Positions 63,101 through 64,000 of a DNA stretch of 64,000 nt are shown one piece after another. Below the pieces are notes generated by a model. The model did not search any database. It worked only from the letters and a program-made list of their open reading frames with translations, and was not told the DNA's origin. Source of the DNA: Vicugna vicugna (Eukaryota). The DNA lies in NCBI GenBank assembly GCA_013265495.1, contig MU058384.1, positions 3,385,010 to 3,449,009 of the forward strand. Reading direction: 5' to 3'. Within the stretch, counting starts at the first letter, position 1; the number at the start of each line of letters is the position of its first letter. The position numbers and the translations under genes are program-made.

Positions 63101-63814
63101 GAATGTTTCCAGACACAATTGCTTGTCAACTTCCCATCAGAACAATAGCCTCCGAGTTCTCATGTTTGATATTGTAGCTACACCCCAGATCCTGGGCCAT
63201 CATTTGTTTTGCAACAATGGCAAGATTGGAGCTGAGAAGTCTTGATGCTGAGAGTCTGCCAAGAAAATCGCAGGCGAGGACCCACTGCCATTAATAAGAA
63301 TAGTATTCTAATGGCTTAAGTTCATTATTAAAAGTAATAGATCTCTTTCATTTAAGGGAAATGTAGTTAAGATCATTACTTTTGCTTTTTATAAACCTAT
63401 AAAAGGAAAAGTGATCCCATGTTGATCTGGAAGGAAAAGAATTAATCTAATACTGAGATCTGAACTTAATCTTTCAACAGCTTCATCTTTTTAATTTAAA
63501 AAAGCTTTTTGGAATTGTGATTGAAAAATATTGCCAGACATATCTAAACAAAGGAAACATTCTCATGCATCTTTGCAACCACTTGCCCTCCTTCTTCCCC
63601 AAAGGTAACCACTCGTTTGACTTCTAACACCATAGATACGTTTTTGCATATTTTTTTAAAATTTGCACAAATGGATCATACATGTTTTCATATGTACCAG
63701 GTTTCTTTTGCTCAATGTGTAAAATTTATCTATGTGTTGCTTGTAGCTATAATTTATTTTCATTGCTCTATAGTTTTCCATTATATGAATATATGAATAC
63801 TTACATTTTCTATT

Positions 63815-64000
63815 CTTTTTTTTTAACATTTTTATTGATTCATAATCATTTTACAGTGTTGTGTCAAATTCCAGTGTTCAGTACAATTTTTCAGTCATAC
63901 ATGGACATATACACTCATTGTCACATTTTTTTCTCTGTGATTTATCATAACATTTTGTGTATATTTCCCTGTGCTATACAGTGTAATCTTGTTTATCTGT
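63815..64000 (-). mobile_element. Young LINE-1 3' end, runs off the window
   Basis: Poly-T, then aacatttttattgattcataatcattttacagtgttgtgtcaaattccagtg...atttccctgtgctatacagtg. Confidence 0.85.

Noticed and set aside
1..64000. Prokaryote-type systems, tRNA or rRNA genes, intact retroviral or transposase ORFs
   Set aside because: Intron-rich mammalian DNA with no repeat-spacer array; the only tRNA-like sequence is a SINE head and all mobile elements are non-coding fossils

Overview
Mammalian genomic DNA, most likely a camelid: it carries a Vic-1-like tRNA-derived SINE, camelid-type L1 3' ends and a Tigger2a-like element. Two intact class II cytokine receptor family genes lie in tandem on the + strand. 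IFNGR1 has 7 coding exons (15326-33812, 1398 nt, 465 aa), a CpG-island promoter, and intact LPKS JAK1 and YDKPH STAT1 motifs. IL22RA2/IL-22BP has 5 coding exons (41657-57268, 696 nt, 231 aa, the canonical isoform-2 length). All introns are GT-AG and the exon phases join in frame. The rest is intronic or intergenic DNA with L1, L2, MIR, MaLR/ERV LTR and DNA-transposon fossils. I see no convincing new gene or new biological system. The best leads are regulatory or structural: a GC-box minisatellite with a 50-bp higher-order period upstream of IL22RA2; a short gap between the two genes with phase-compatible exons; routes to soluble or truncated IFNGR1; an unpaired extra Cys in IL-22BP; a ~400-bp inversion splitting an MLT2 LTR; and two candidate immune enhancers. 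Repeat family names and human comparisons are from memory and need database confirmation.
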